Positions 31,402-40,721 of a stretch of 64,000 nucleotides of DNA are shown here, piece after piece. The stretch is taken from IMG/VR virus record IMGVR_UViG_3300026522_000616; one strand, 5' to 3'. The notes beneath the pieces were generated by a model that had not been told where the DNA came from, searched no databases, and saw only the letters and a program-made list of their open reading frames with translations. Numbering within the stretch: the stretch's first letter is position 1; each line of letters begins with the position of its first letter. Source of the stretch: an uncultured virus (IMG/VR IMGVR_UViG_3300026522_000616) (Duplodnaviria; Heunggongvirae; Uroviricota; Caudoviricetes). The position numbers and the translations under genes are program-made.

Positions 31402-32124
31402 ATGTCAGGTGCTTATAAAATACAAAAAATCGTTTTACATGACTTTAATAATATGAATAAACAATGGGCTATTCTATATCCAAAAACTTCAGGAGATATG
31501 GTGGTAGGTCAGGTTTCAGATAGTAAATTATTTGATGGTCATCCAACAGAAGATTTTATGCCATCTACTTTTTCTACATATATGAGAGTCGTTGATAAAC
31601 AAACAACAAGTTCAGGTATAAAAAAAGTTCCACAAGGATTATTAGCAAAAGAATTTATTGTTGCACAAAATTATGATAAAATGGAAGATTGGGTAGAAGC
31701 AAATCGTGGTTCTACAGAAAATTCTATTTGGGTAAAAGATAAAGTATATGTGGAAAATGGTAAAAAAGAATTGTCTACAGTTGAATATGTAGATGATGTA
31801 CACGGTCAATTATTAGGGTCTGGTCCAACAACACAAACAGGTGAAATTTACAATCATTTAGTTCACCATTCAGAAGTGGCAGATAAATTAACTAAGTCTG
31901 TTTTGATTAATGGAATTAATTTTGATGGTTCTAAAAATATAGAGATTCCATTTTGTTATATTTCTAATACTCCACCTGCTAATACAAAATTGCTTTGGAT
32001 AAAAGAAGATACGCATACAATTTGTTACTATGATGGTTTAAAATCTGCCTGGGTTCCAACGACTTCTGTATGGTCAGAAGATGCAAATAAAAAGTGGAAT
32101 AGTTCACTTAATGTATTTATGTAA
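31402..32124 (+). CDS. putative virion/tail-fibre-related protein
   Basis: LYPKTS, ADKL..INGINFDGSKNIEIP and PPANTKLLWI motifs common in fibre proteins. Confidence 0.55.
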   Translation: MSGAYKIQKIVLHDFNNMNKQWAILYPKTSGDMVVGQVSDSKLFDGHPTEDFMPSTFSTYMRVVDKQTTSSGIKKVPQGLLAKEFIVAQNYDKMEDWVEANRGSTENSIWVKDKVYVENGKKELSTVEYVDDVHGQLLGSGPTTQTGEIYNHLVHHSEVADKLTKSVLINGINFDGSKNIEIPFCYISNTPPANTKLLWIKEDTHTICYYDGLKSAWVPTTSVWSEDANKKWNSSLNVFM

Positions 32125-32139
32125 AGGATGGTGGCATAA

Positions 32140-32814
32140 TTGGATTATATTGCAAAAAATTGTGCTTCCAATGCAAATAAAAACTCTGCTTTAAAACCGT
32201 TAGTAGATAGATATTATGCTATTGCCAATAGTGTAAATTTGTATGGGCAGAATCAAAATAATGCAGCATCAGATTATCAACTTGTAATTGAACGTGATGT
32301 GTATTATAATGATAGCGAACAAACGCCCAAATACGTTTCTTTATATGACTTGCAACAAGCAATAAATTATTTAGAAAATCGTTTTAGTAAAAATTGCAAT
32401 TGTGAGACACTTCCACATATGTGTGAATCTTGTCAAGCAGAATGTACAAATAGTACAGGTTATCAAGAACCATTAATGATTGGTGGTGTTGATAACCGTT
32501 CAAATTGTTATCAAATTGGTAAATATAGCGAGTGTTCTTATGCTTGTCAAACTTTAAAATGTCAATCAGTAGATACAACTACAAAAAGTTGTGAAGGATG
32601 TCAATCTTGTCAATCTTGTCAATTAGGAACAACAAATTTTAGTTGTCAAAGTTGTCAACAATTTTCTTGTCAAACACAATCTTGTCAAGCAAACAAGCCA
32701 GATACAGGAGCTTCTTTGCCCAATGAACAACGTACATTAAGTACTGTATGTCAAACATGTCAAAAGTGTCAAAGCAAAACAATGAGAATGTCTTGTCAAA
32801 CACAATGTCATTAA
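32140..32814 (+). CDS. Cys-rich protein with CQSCQ repeats
   Basis: about 23 Cys, mostly in CxxC/CQ repeats. Confidence 0.7.
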   Translation: MDYIAKNCASNANKNSALKPLVDRYYAIANSVNLYGQNQNNAASDYQLVIERDVYYNDSEQTPKYVSLYDLQQAINYLENRFSKNCNCETLPHMCESCQAECTNSTGYQEPLMIGGVDNRSNCYQIGKYSECSYACQTLKCQSVDTTTKSCEGCQSCQSCQLGTTNFSCQSCQQFSCQTQSCQANKPDTGASLPNEQRTLSTVCQTCQKCQSKTMRMSCQTQCH

Positions 32815-32827
32815 GGGAGAAATATTA

Positions 32828-33319
32828 ATGCTTAATTTGTCAGGAATTATCAAAGAATCTATTGTAGACGGTAAAGGTATTCGATATGTAATTTTTGTTC
32901 AGGGTTGCCCACATCATTGTGATGGCTGTCAAAATCCTAGTACATGGGAGTTTAAACAAAATATTTTAATAGATGAACAAAAAATTATTGATGATATTTT
33001 GGACAATGCTTTATGTAGTGGTATTACTTTAAGTGGCGGAGAACCTTTTACACAAGCAAAAGACTTATTGCCATTAGTACAAAAAATACATTCTTTAGGT
33101 AAAAATGTTTGGGCATATACAGGATATACATTTGAACAATTAATACAATTCAATGATGATAGAACAGAATTGTTGAAAAACATTGATGTACTAGTTGATG
33201 GTAGATTTATTTTAGAACAACGAGATATTAGTTTACAATTTCGTGGTTCAAAAAATCAACGTGTAATTAATGTACAAAAATCACTTCAAGAAAAACAAAT
33301 TATATTGGAATGTGAATAA
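32828..33319 (+). CDS. nrdG: anaerobic ribonucleotide reductase activase (radical SAM)
   Basis: GCPHHCDGCQNP, SGGEPF, DVLVDGRF, FRGSKNQR. Confidence 0.92.
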   Translation: MLNLSGIIKESIVDGKGIRYVIFVQGCPHHCDGCQNPSTWEFKQNILIDEQKIIDDILDNALCSGITLSGGEPFTQAKDLLPLVQKIHSLGKNVWAYTGYTFEQLIQFNDDRTELLKNIDVLVDGRFILEQRDISLQFRGSKNQRVINVQKSLQEKQIILECE

Positions 33320-33367
33320 TAGGAAGAAATTTTCTTCCTATTTTTTTAAAATTTTTTATTGAAACTG

Positions 33368-33396
33368 TTGACAAGTAAGTAATTATTTGGTATACT
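33368..33396 (+). promoter_or_regulatory. strong sigmaA (early) promoter
   Basis: TTGACA-N17-TATACT. Confidence 0.8.
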
Positions 33397-33449
33397 ATAT
33401 ATAGAAAGAGAGATAAAGAAACGGTTCAAATAGAAATGGAGAGATTAAA

Positions 33450-34436
33450 ATGTTTGCGAATAAAAATTATGAGTTCCTTCTTGATTTCGATGAGTACGAT
33501 GACCATTGTGGTTTGTATTGGATTTATATGTATAATAAACTGTTTTCACTTGGTAGAGACGAAGATAGGTATGAGCTTGAAAAACTCTATAACGAGTGCA
33601 AAAACGATGCTCCATTCCCTTTCAACATTCTTACCGCGCTTGTTGGCTTTGGTGATGATTATCGTAAAACGTGCCAGTATTTCATTCATAATGTTAAAAT
33701 GGCAAATTATAATGATGATGATAAGCGTGAAGATATTGCAAAAAGAGATATGCTTGAAAAAGAGCAGAAGGAACTACAGAAAAAGATTAGCATTAATACG
33801 TATGGTTATGATGTTAATGAAGCAAGAGAAAACGCAATTCTTGAAGAAACTCGTTTGGATTTGTCTCATAATGAGGTGAATAATGACTTGGTTCTTTCTG
33901 AAGATGGTGAGAGCTATATTCAGTTTGGTGGTCATGCTTGCATTGAAAATAATGTCAAAGTACTTAAAGAAGAAACTAAAGTGATTGAAAATTATAAAGG
34001 CGCAGTTACCGTTCATAGCATTATGTTTGATAAATTTCATGGTTATTACTACTGTGTGATTTATGCAACAGATGACCTTGATGAAAATGGTAATCAGCGT
34101 GTTTACCAGAAATGGTCTAAATCGTATGCAGATAAATACATTTCCATTCCACAGATTGAAACGGATATGTACGGTTATAGTAAAATGGTTCATAAGAAGT
34201 TTAAATCATGGGATGGTATTGATACGCTTTATCGTACTATTCGTGATAAACTTTATCAGAATTCGCAAATCCCTGGTATGAACCAGCATATTCATGATAT
34301 TGAGCTTGGTGTAAATAAACCTTCTAAAAAGGAAAATACGAAACTCCCGAAAGACAATGATGTGGATATTAGCAAAATTAATCAGGCACTTGGTCTTGAA
34401 GATACAGGTGAGGATTTGAATGGCAATATCTTCTAA
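33450..34436 (+). CDS. hypothetical early protein
   Basis: 328 aa ORF with own promoter and terminator. Confidence 0.75.
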   Translation: MFANKNYEFLLDFDEYDDHCGLYWIYMYNKLFSLGRDEDRYELEKLYNECKNDAPFPFNILTALVGFGDDYRKTCQYFIHNVKMANYNDDDKREDIAKRDMLEKEQKELQKKISINTYGYDVNEARENAILEETRLDLSHNEVNNDLVLSEDGESYIQFGGHACIENNVKVLKEETKVIENYKGAVTVHSIMFDKFHGYYYCVIYATDDLDENGNQRVYQKWSKSYADKYISIPQIETDMYGYSKMVHKKFKSWDGIDTLYRTIRDKLYQNSQIPGMNQHIHDIELGVNKPSKKENTKLPKDNDVDISKINQALGLEDTGEDLNGNIF

Positions 34437-34440
34437 TTGA

Positions 34441-34470
34441 AAGTCACACCTTACATGGTGTGACTTTTTT
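34441..34470 (+). terminator. intrinsic terminator
   Basis: AAGTCACACC/GGTGTGACTT plus T run. Confidence 0.8.
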
Positions 34471-34598
34471 CTTGCGTGTATTTTTTAATATAATAAGAAT
34501 CATGTGTAACAAAGCTACAATATATTTGGACATACGACCTATTTCATATATGGAATTAAGAAATTTATCTGTAAAATCATAAACGAGGTGTTTAATCA

Positions 34599-34910
34599 AT
34601 GGATATTGCAATTATTCTTGCAGTTTTAGCCGCCGTGTTATATGGTACTAGAATGTATTTTATAAGCAAAAATGATACTAAATTATTAGAACAAGAAGTT
34701 AAGAAACAAGCACTTGAATTATTCCTTTATGCCGAAAAACAGGATTGGGATGGATTCAAGAAAATGGAATTTGCATTCCAAACATTGACGAAACAAGTTG
34801 AAGCTACAAAACTTGCAAAAGTTATTGGAACAAATACAGTTGATAAATGGATGCAAAAGTTCTATGATGAAGTAAAATCAAAACTTGAAAGTGAAATTAA
34901 GAATCTTTAA
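34599..34910 (+). CDS. putative holin (LL-H-like)
   Basis: N-terminal TM helix, then ALELFLYAEK..G.KK motif. Confidence 0.55.
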   Translation: MDIAIILAVLAAVLYGTRMYFISKNDTKLLEQEVKKQALELFLYAEKQDWDGFKKMEFAFQTLTKQVEATKLAKVIGTNTVDKWMQKFYDEVKSKLESEIKNL

Positions 34911-35018
34911 TATATAATGTTTATGAGTGTTTGTTTTATGTATTGATAAAATGTGTAGAGCAAACACTTTTTTTACCTAAAAATTACATTGAACCGTTAA
35001 AAACGAAGGTGTTAGGAG

Positions 35019-35303
35019 ATGAGAAATGAATTTACAAATAATTCTAATAATACTTTTAACTATGAAGTATTACAACGTATTACAGCTATAGAAACTAATA
35101 TCAATATAATATTGGAAGAACGTCCAAAAGTTCAAGAAGAAATAGCAAAATTAGAATTAAAGGAATTAGAAGCTCAAAAAGATATTAAACAAATTAATAA
35201 CCAAATGGCACAGTTAAAGACATTGATTATCAAATTTGCTTGTGGATTAGCAGGGGTTATTGCTAGTATTGTATTAGCAGGTGTACAATACCTTTTAAGA
35301 TAA
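35019..35303 (+). CDS. coiled-coil protein with C-terminal TM helix (XhlA/lysis-accessory-like)
   Basis: heptad region plus hydrophobic C-terminus, next to the holin candidate. Confidence 0.5.
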   Translation: MRNEFTNNSNNTFNYEVLQRITAIETNINIILEERPKVQEEIAKLELKELEAQKDIKQINNQMAQLKTLIIKFACGLAGVIASIVLAGVQYLLR

Positions 35304-35364
35304 TATTGTTTCTAAACTGCATAAACAAAAAGTGATATACCTTGTATGGTATATCTTTTTGTTT

Positions 35365-35718
35365 TTAATTTTTATATTCAATTTTGATATTGAATAATTG
35401 TAAAATGTTTTGTAAATTTGTATTCAATATCTGATTTACTATATTGTTATAAGCACCATAAGCTAATGTAAGCGACTCTGAATTTAATTGACTTGCATCA
35501 TAATTTGGTTTATTTTGAGTATATTTATCAACAATAGATTGAATATAATTTGTTTGTATAAAATTTAGTAATTTGCTACCATCGCCAAAAAGTAAATTTT
35601 CAAGTATATCTTTTTGGCTATATATTTGTTGTATGGCAGAATTGGCTATATCACTTGAATTAACTTGTAATAGGTCGCTTTGATATTTATCATCTATAAT
35701 TGCAATTAAGCGTTTCAT
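35365..35718 (-). CDS. hypothetical protein starting MKRLIA
   Basis: RBS GGAGG, 117 aa. Confidence 0.7.
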   Translation of the reverse strand: MKRLIAIIDDKYQSDLLQVNSSDIANSAIQQIYSQKDILENLLFGDGSKLLNFIQTNYIQSIVDKYTQNKPNYDASQLNSESLTLAYGAYNNIVNQILNTNLQNILQLFNIKIEYKN

Positions 35719-35814
35719 ATATTATACTACCTCCAATTATATTATCTATAAAAAATATATCTGATGTATTGTATAAAATAATCATATATTATTTGAAAAT
35801 TTTTATTGAAACTG

Positions 35815-35924
35815 TTGACAGACTGATTTTTCTTTGATATAATATAAATATCGAAAGGAGAAAAAAGAAAAATGATTGGCAATTTCAAAAAAGTGTTGAC
35901 AAATCGTTTTAAATATGGTAATAT
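35815..35924 (+). promoter_or_regulatory. tandem sigmaA promoters
   Basis: TTGACA-N17-TATAAT (35815-35843) and TTGACA-N17-TAATAT (35896-35924). Confidence 0.75.
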
Positions 35925-35968
35925 AAACATGTAAGCAAGAGAGAGATAAAACAACAGGAGGTATTACA

Positions 35969-36109
35969 ATGAAAGACATCAAAGAAGCAGAGATTGAAAT
36001 GTGGTGTGATGCAGACAGGGTTGCTCGTATGACAGATGGAGAAAAAGAGAAAGCACCTGATTTGCAGAGTGTTGTTGATGCTTATCATGGAATCATGATG
36101 AATAATTAA
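35969..36109 (+). CDS. small early protein (46 aa, not in ORF track)
   Basis: RBS CAGGAGG, MKDIKEAEIEMWCDADRVARM.. Confidence 0.6.
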   Translation: MKDIKEAEIEMWCDADRVARMTDGEKEKAPDLQSVVDAYHGIMMNN

Positions 36110-36138
36110 TTTGTCTTTTTTGAAAGGGGAAATTCAAA

Positions 36139-37086
36139 ATGAGTGCAAATATTGAGAATCTGTTTTTTGTGGATGCAGATGGTAGACACGCTCCGTGGCA
36201 CAAGATGGGTGTTCGTGTTCTTGAAGCTCCTAATAGCGCAGAAGCGTTGAAACTTGCAGGATTGGATTGGGAGGTTAAACAGTCTCCTGCTTTCATTCAG
36301 GTAGACGGTGAAATGATTGATACAGGTAATATCATCAATTATCGTGATAGTGACCGTTATATCCTTGGTACGGTGACGAATCGTTATAAGCCTGTTCAGA
36401 ACCGTGAAGCATTTGCATTTACAGATGAACTGATTGGTGGGGATGTTCGTTACGATACGGCAGGTAGCCTTGCACACGGTCGTATTGTGTGGTTGCTTGC
36501 AAAAATGCCCGATATGAATGTTCTCGGTGATACCGTTGAACCATATCTCTTGTTTGCCAATTCGCATGATGGTAGTTCGGCAGTACGTGTTACTATGACG
36601 AATGTTCGAGTAGTATGTCAGAATACCCTTAATTTCGCCCTTAATGGCGCACAGAGGACGTTCTCGTTCATGCATAAGGGTGATATTGCATCACACCTTG
36701 AAGAGGCAAAGCAGACGCTTTCTCGTGCTGATAAATACAACAAAGCATTTGTTGCAAATGCAGAGCACCTTGCTAAGAAGCGTTTTACAAAAGAGGAAGT
36801 TCAGAGAATGATGAATGAACTTTTCCCCATTCAGGATGATGATGTTACAGAAGTTCAGGTTAAGCATATGGAAATTATGCGTGATAATTTCCGCAAAATG
36901 CTCCGTGCAGATGACCTTCAGAATTTCCGTGGTACAGGTTGGTGGCTTGTAAATGCAGCAAGTGATTATGCATATCACGCTCGTCCAATTCGCCTTACGC
37001 AGAATTATCAGGACAATATGATGCGTAGTGCAATGGTTGGGAACAAGTTCCTTGACAAAGCCTATGATATGGTAATGTCTGCTTAA
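36139..37086 (+). CDS. DUF932-family phage/plasmid protein
   Basis: PWHKMG, AGLDWEV, YKPVQNREAF, NSHDGS, VRVVCQNTL. Confidence 0.88.
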   Translation: MSANIENLFFVDADGRHAPWHKMGVRVLEAPNSAEALKLAGLDWEVKQSPAFIQVDGEMIDTGNIINYRDSDRYILGTVTNRYKPVQNREAFAFTDELIGGDVRYDTAGSLAHGRIVWLLAKMPDMNVLGDTVEPYLLFANSHDGSSAVRVTMTNVRVVCQNTLNFALNGAQRTFSFMHKGDIASHLEEAKQTLSRADKYNKAFVANAEHLAKKRFTKEEVQRMMNELFPIQDDDVTEVQVKHMEIMRDNFRKMLRADDLQNFRGTGWWLVNAASDYAYHARPIRLTQNYQDNMMRSAMVGNKFLDKAYDMVMSA

Positions 37087-37105
37087 AAGATAAGCTAAAA
37101 TAAAT

Positions 37106-37141
37106 AAAAGAGTGGTTACAATTAAAGTAACCACTCTTTTT
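37106..37141. terminator. bidirectional terminator
   Basis: AAAAGAGTGGTTAC/GTAACCACTCTTTT. Confidence 0.8.
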
Positions 37142-37505
37142 AGTTTATAGATAAAACAAATTTTATTTCTCCATACAATATAAGACGTACTGTAATGGAG
37201 AATGATTTATATTTAATTGTACCATAAAATCCATATTTTGTACTGTTATATGTTTTGTGATTGCGTATTTGTTGACACAATATATCACATACTGCTAATA
37301 CTTCATCTTTAGTTAAACTGTATTTTGTTAGATTACTATATTCTAATTGGTCGCTATGTAAAGTAGTAAGATTGTTATCTTTACAAAATTGAATAATAGA
37401 ATCCATATATTTATTTAAATTCATAGATACAATGTTTTCAATTTTTTGATAAGAAGATTCCTTACCAATTTGTTCTTCTTGTACTATGCTATATTGTATA
37501 TTCAT
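37140..37505 (-). CDS. hypothetical protein
   Basis: ORF, RBS GAGGTG. Confidence 0.65.
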   Translation of the reverse strand: MNIQYSIVQEEQIGKESSYQKIENIVSMNLNKYMDSIIQFCKDNNLTTLHSDQLEYSNLTKYSLTKDEVLAVCDILCQQIRNHKTYNSTKYGFYGTIKYKSFSITVRLILYGEIKFVLSIN

Positions 37506-37528
37506 AATTCACCTCGTAAGATGTGAAA

Positions 37529-38245
37529 TTAAGTAAGCCACAAACAATCAAAATATTTTGCGAATAATTGTTTTGCTTCATCATAATAATTATTAAATTG
37601 TTTCAACTCAATTTCATTCATTAAGGATATTTTATCTCTATCTTCAGAATAAATAATTTCCTTTAAGAACCAGACTATTTTTGTTATAATGCTTTTCCAT
37701 TCATCTATATCATTTATTTCGCATGGATAGTTTTTTGTAATATCTCTATATTTTTCTACTAATTTTGGTAATAAAGTAATAGCTATCGTTCTATCCATAT
37801 TATATAAATCAGAAGCACTATAACCGTTTTTTACTTTTTGTTCAAAATGTTTTATTGCATGTTGTGTTTCATCTTTTTGTGTTAAAATAAGAAATCTATC
37901 AAAATCTATACTGTCTAAAATTTTATAAATATTTATTTCTGAACAATATCTATATTTTTCTAATTCATTTAATTTAATTGCTACAATCAAATTGTCTCGT
38001 TCCAATTTTTTTTGAATTTTATATATATATTTATCAATAAAATCTTTTGTATTTTGATTACTAAAAATACGAGTATAATCAAATTTGTAAGCAGAAAAAT
38101 CTTCATGTTTTTCTTCTATCTTATTCATAGGGTCTAGTTGTGGTATATATACTAATCCAAATTGTTTATAAAAATCTAGTTGTTGTTTATCATTCATATT
38201 AGAATATAATTGATATAATTTTGATAAATCTTGTTCATTTAACAT
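37529..38245 (-). CDS. hypothetical protein
   Basis: 238 aa ORF in operon. Confidence 0.65.
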   Translation of the reverse strand: MLNEQDLSKLYQLYSNMNDKQQLDFYKQFGLVYIPQLDPMNKIEEKHEDFSAYKFDYTRIFSNQNTKDFIDKYIYKIQKKLERDNLIVAIKLNELEKYRYCSEINIYKILDSIDFDRFLILTQKDETQHAIKHFEQKVKNGYSASDLYNMDRTIAITLLPKLVEKYRDITKNYPCEINDIDEWKSIITKIVWFLKEIIYSEDRDKISLMNEIELKQFNNYYDEAKQLFAKYFDCLWLT

Positions 38246-38251
38246 ATTTAT

Positions 38252-38761
38252 TTACTCCTGATTATCAGATAACTCTTGTTTTGTTTCTTTAACAATATCT
38301 TGTACTTGTTCTTGGTTACCAGAAGCTTCTTTTTCTTTTTGTTCTTTATCGAGTTCTTTCCTGATTTTCATAAGAATTTTGCCTAATTGGTTTTCTCCTT
38401 TGTCATTAGTAATTCCCCAAAAAGGATTCTCCCATGTAGTTTCATTAATGAGTTCTTCATTATTTGTTGCAAGAAGTTTATCCTTTAATGAAGGAATAGA
38501 AAATTTTTCTTTGCAAATATTATACATTAAATCTTTCTTTTCTTTATCAGATAAACGCTTTTTGCTTGATGTTCTTTTATATAATTTAATAGCATCTGAA
38601 GGTAACGATTTTGCTATCATATTTCTTTGAAATTCATTTGTAGTCATATTGGCAAAAAAAGCACTAACAACACTATTATAAGCAATTCCATTATAATTGA
38701 ATGGTTGATTATAGAAATTACTTAAAAATTGATATTGGTTTTTAAAACCTTTAATACTCAT
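38252..38761 (-). CDS. NADAR (YbiA)-family protein, degenerate motifs
   Basis: FLSNFY, KF..L..KLLAT, FWG..GENQLGKILMKIR. Confidence 0.85.
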   Translation of the reverse strand: MSIKGFKNQYQFLSNFYNQPFNYNGIAYNSVVSAFFANMTTNEFQRNMIAKSLPSDAIKLYKRTSSKKRLSDKEKKDLMYNICKEKFSIPSLKDKLLATNNEELINETTWENPFWGITNDKGENQLGKILMKIRKELDKEQKEKEASGNQEQVQDIVKETKQELSDNQE

Positions 38762-38847
38762 TTTTATACCTCCGATATAAAAAGATATGGACAGTATATG
38801 AAACTGTCCAATAATTAAATAGATACTAAAACAATAAAAATTATCTT

Positions 38848-39444
38848 TTATTTATTTGTTTCGTTATTACTTTTATTTTCTTCTTTTTTGCTTTGTTCGT
38901 TATTAAAAATTTTATAAATATCATCAAATGTTTCAATTTCATCATCAATACTAGAATTATTACAAAAATCGTTTACGCTATAATAGCCATATTCTTTAAT
39001 AATATTTTGCACATGAATATATGCATCATGCCATTTATCTAAAATTGGTGCGTCTAACGGTGTAACTGAACTTTGCATAAGATTATTTGTTACTCCGTCT
39101 AAATTAAATAAATATTTTTGTTGATAAATACCTTCAAATACAGATTTTGTAGTTTGTTTTGCAATATAATTTAAAAAATCAACAATGAGTGAGTAATCAT
39201 TTGCATTGTTTGTTGGGATGATGCAACCGTATATAACATATTCATCTTGTTTTTCAATATTACCAGAAGGATTTAAACATAGCGTAACTGCTACTGTAGA
39301 AATTATACGATTATCTTTATTATTCTTCATTTCCAGAAGATTCATGGCAATATCGAATGTAAGGTCTTGTTGAGCTATATCAATTGCTCTAATCGTATTT
39401 TCGTTCATTTTAAACAGTATATTCATGTTCTTTCTCCCAATCAA
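38848..39444 (-). CDS. hypothetical protein
   Basis: ORF. Confidence 0.6.
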   Translation of the reverse strand: MIGRKNMNILFKMNENTIRAIDIAQQDLTFDIAMNLLEMKNNKDNRIISTVAVTLCLNPSGNIEKQDEYVIYGCIIPTNNANDYSLIVDFLNYIAKQTTKSVFEGIYQQKYLFNLDGVTNNLMQSSVTPLDAPILDKWHDAYIHVQNIIKEYGYYSVNDFCNNSSIDDEIETFDDIYKIFNNEQSKKEENKSNNETNK

Positions 39445-40531
39445 CTAAATATTGTTTTTCATATTTCCTTAAATACTTTTTTGTTTTTTCAATGACTTGT
39501 TTGTCAATATTATATAATGTATCAATGATTTTTGTCTCATTATTATTAATAGCAGGTATCAAAATTTCTTTTAATGTTTTAACACAATGTCTACTATTAT
39601 TATAACACAATAATTTATTGAACATATCATCACTACATGAATAGTCTGAACGGTTTAAACTTTTTTTGATTTTTATATCATCTTGAAAAAGACTATTTTT
39701 CTTTGTCTTTTTTTCATACTGCATAGTTGGTGGACAATATTGCTCAATAATTTGTCTATATTTTGCTTTAATATAATGATGTGTAATACAATAGGCTTTT
39801 GGAAACGCTAGGTTATACATATTAAGCAAAGTATATTCTTGATTATCTATCGCACGTATAATTTCAGGCAAAAGATTCATACGAGAAATTCTTTTTTTAT
39901 CTTTTATAAAAGCATGAAACGATTTATAATCTTCTTCTGTATATACGATAGATTTGAAAAATTCTTTGTTATATGAGAATGATTGATTGGATGGATTAAT
40001 ATATTTAGAACGAATTTCTTCTATATTGTTTGTATATGAAAGTTCTCCACCACAATCACAACGATAATCTTTTATATTGCTATAAATATCATTATCTTCT
40101 GATATATAAAAACTTTTATGACATTTATTACAATAAATATTATCTTTAACTTTTTGTTCTCCAATTAAATAGTTGTTAATCATAGTTGCGTCATAATAGC
40201 ATGATTTAATTTTATGAAATTCAATTAGAGTATCGTCATATGTTTTAAAACTACCATTTTCGTTTGTACAAATGAAATATCTTACAAATAGTTTTTGTAC
40301 TTTTTCTTCTGAATTAATTAAGAAATTGTTGGAAAATTCCAAATAGAAACAATTTGTACTTTTATTAAACCAAAGTTTTACAGGATGAACAATATCATCG
40401 TTAAAGCCTTGAAAAATGATATTGATAGAACATTTTACATCAAATTCTTTTTGATATTGAATAACTTGTGTTCTTGCTTGTTCAAATAAAGTTTTGATAT
40501 ATTTTTTTGGTATGGGATGTTTTATAAACAT
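39410..40531 (-). CDS. hypothetical protein with Zn ribbon
   Basis: YCNKC..YRCDCGGEL. Confidence 0.6.
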   Translation of the reverse strand: MFIKHPIPKKYIKTLFEQARTQVIQYQKEFDVKCSINIIFQGFNDDIVHPVKLWFNKSTNCFYLEFSNNFLINSEEKVQKLFVRYFICTNENGSFKTYDDTLIEFHKIKSCYYDATMINNYLIGEQKVKDNIYCNKCHKSFYISEDNDIYSNIKDYRCDCGGELSYTNNIEEIRSKYINPSNQSFSYNKEFFKSIVYTEEDYKSFHAFIKDKKRISRMNLLPEIIRAIDNQEYTLLNMYNLAFPKAYCITHHYIKAKYRQIIEQYCPPTMQYEKKTKKNSLFQDDIKIKKSLNRSDYSCSDDMFNKLLCYNNSRHCVKTLKEILIPAINNNETKIIDTLYNIDKQVIEKTKKYLRKYEKQYLVDWEKEHEYTV

Positions 40532-40721
40532 ATGTACAAACTCCTTCTATATATTCTCATGGTAATTTTATTCTAATACAGATTATATCATTATCCTTTA
40601 CAAAAGTCAAATCAAACTTTTATAATAAATTTGGCGATTCTGTATATAAAAATGCGAAATGCCAATATATCTTTATTAAGTGAGTAAATTATAAAGATTT
40701 TACAGGAAGGATTGCGAACGA

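Noticed and set aside
32828..33319. Radical SAM gene as maturase of the adjacent Cys-rich protein
   Set aside because: It is short, has all NrdG signature motifs and no SPASM domain; the adjacency is probably incidental
33436..33879. 147 aa same-strand overlapping ORF
   Set aside because: Alternative frame of the 33450-34436 gene, which has the RBS and normal composition
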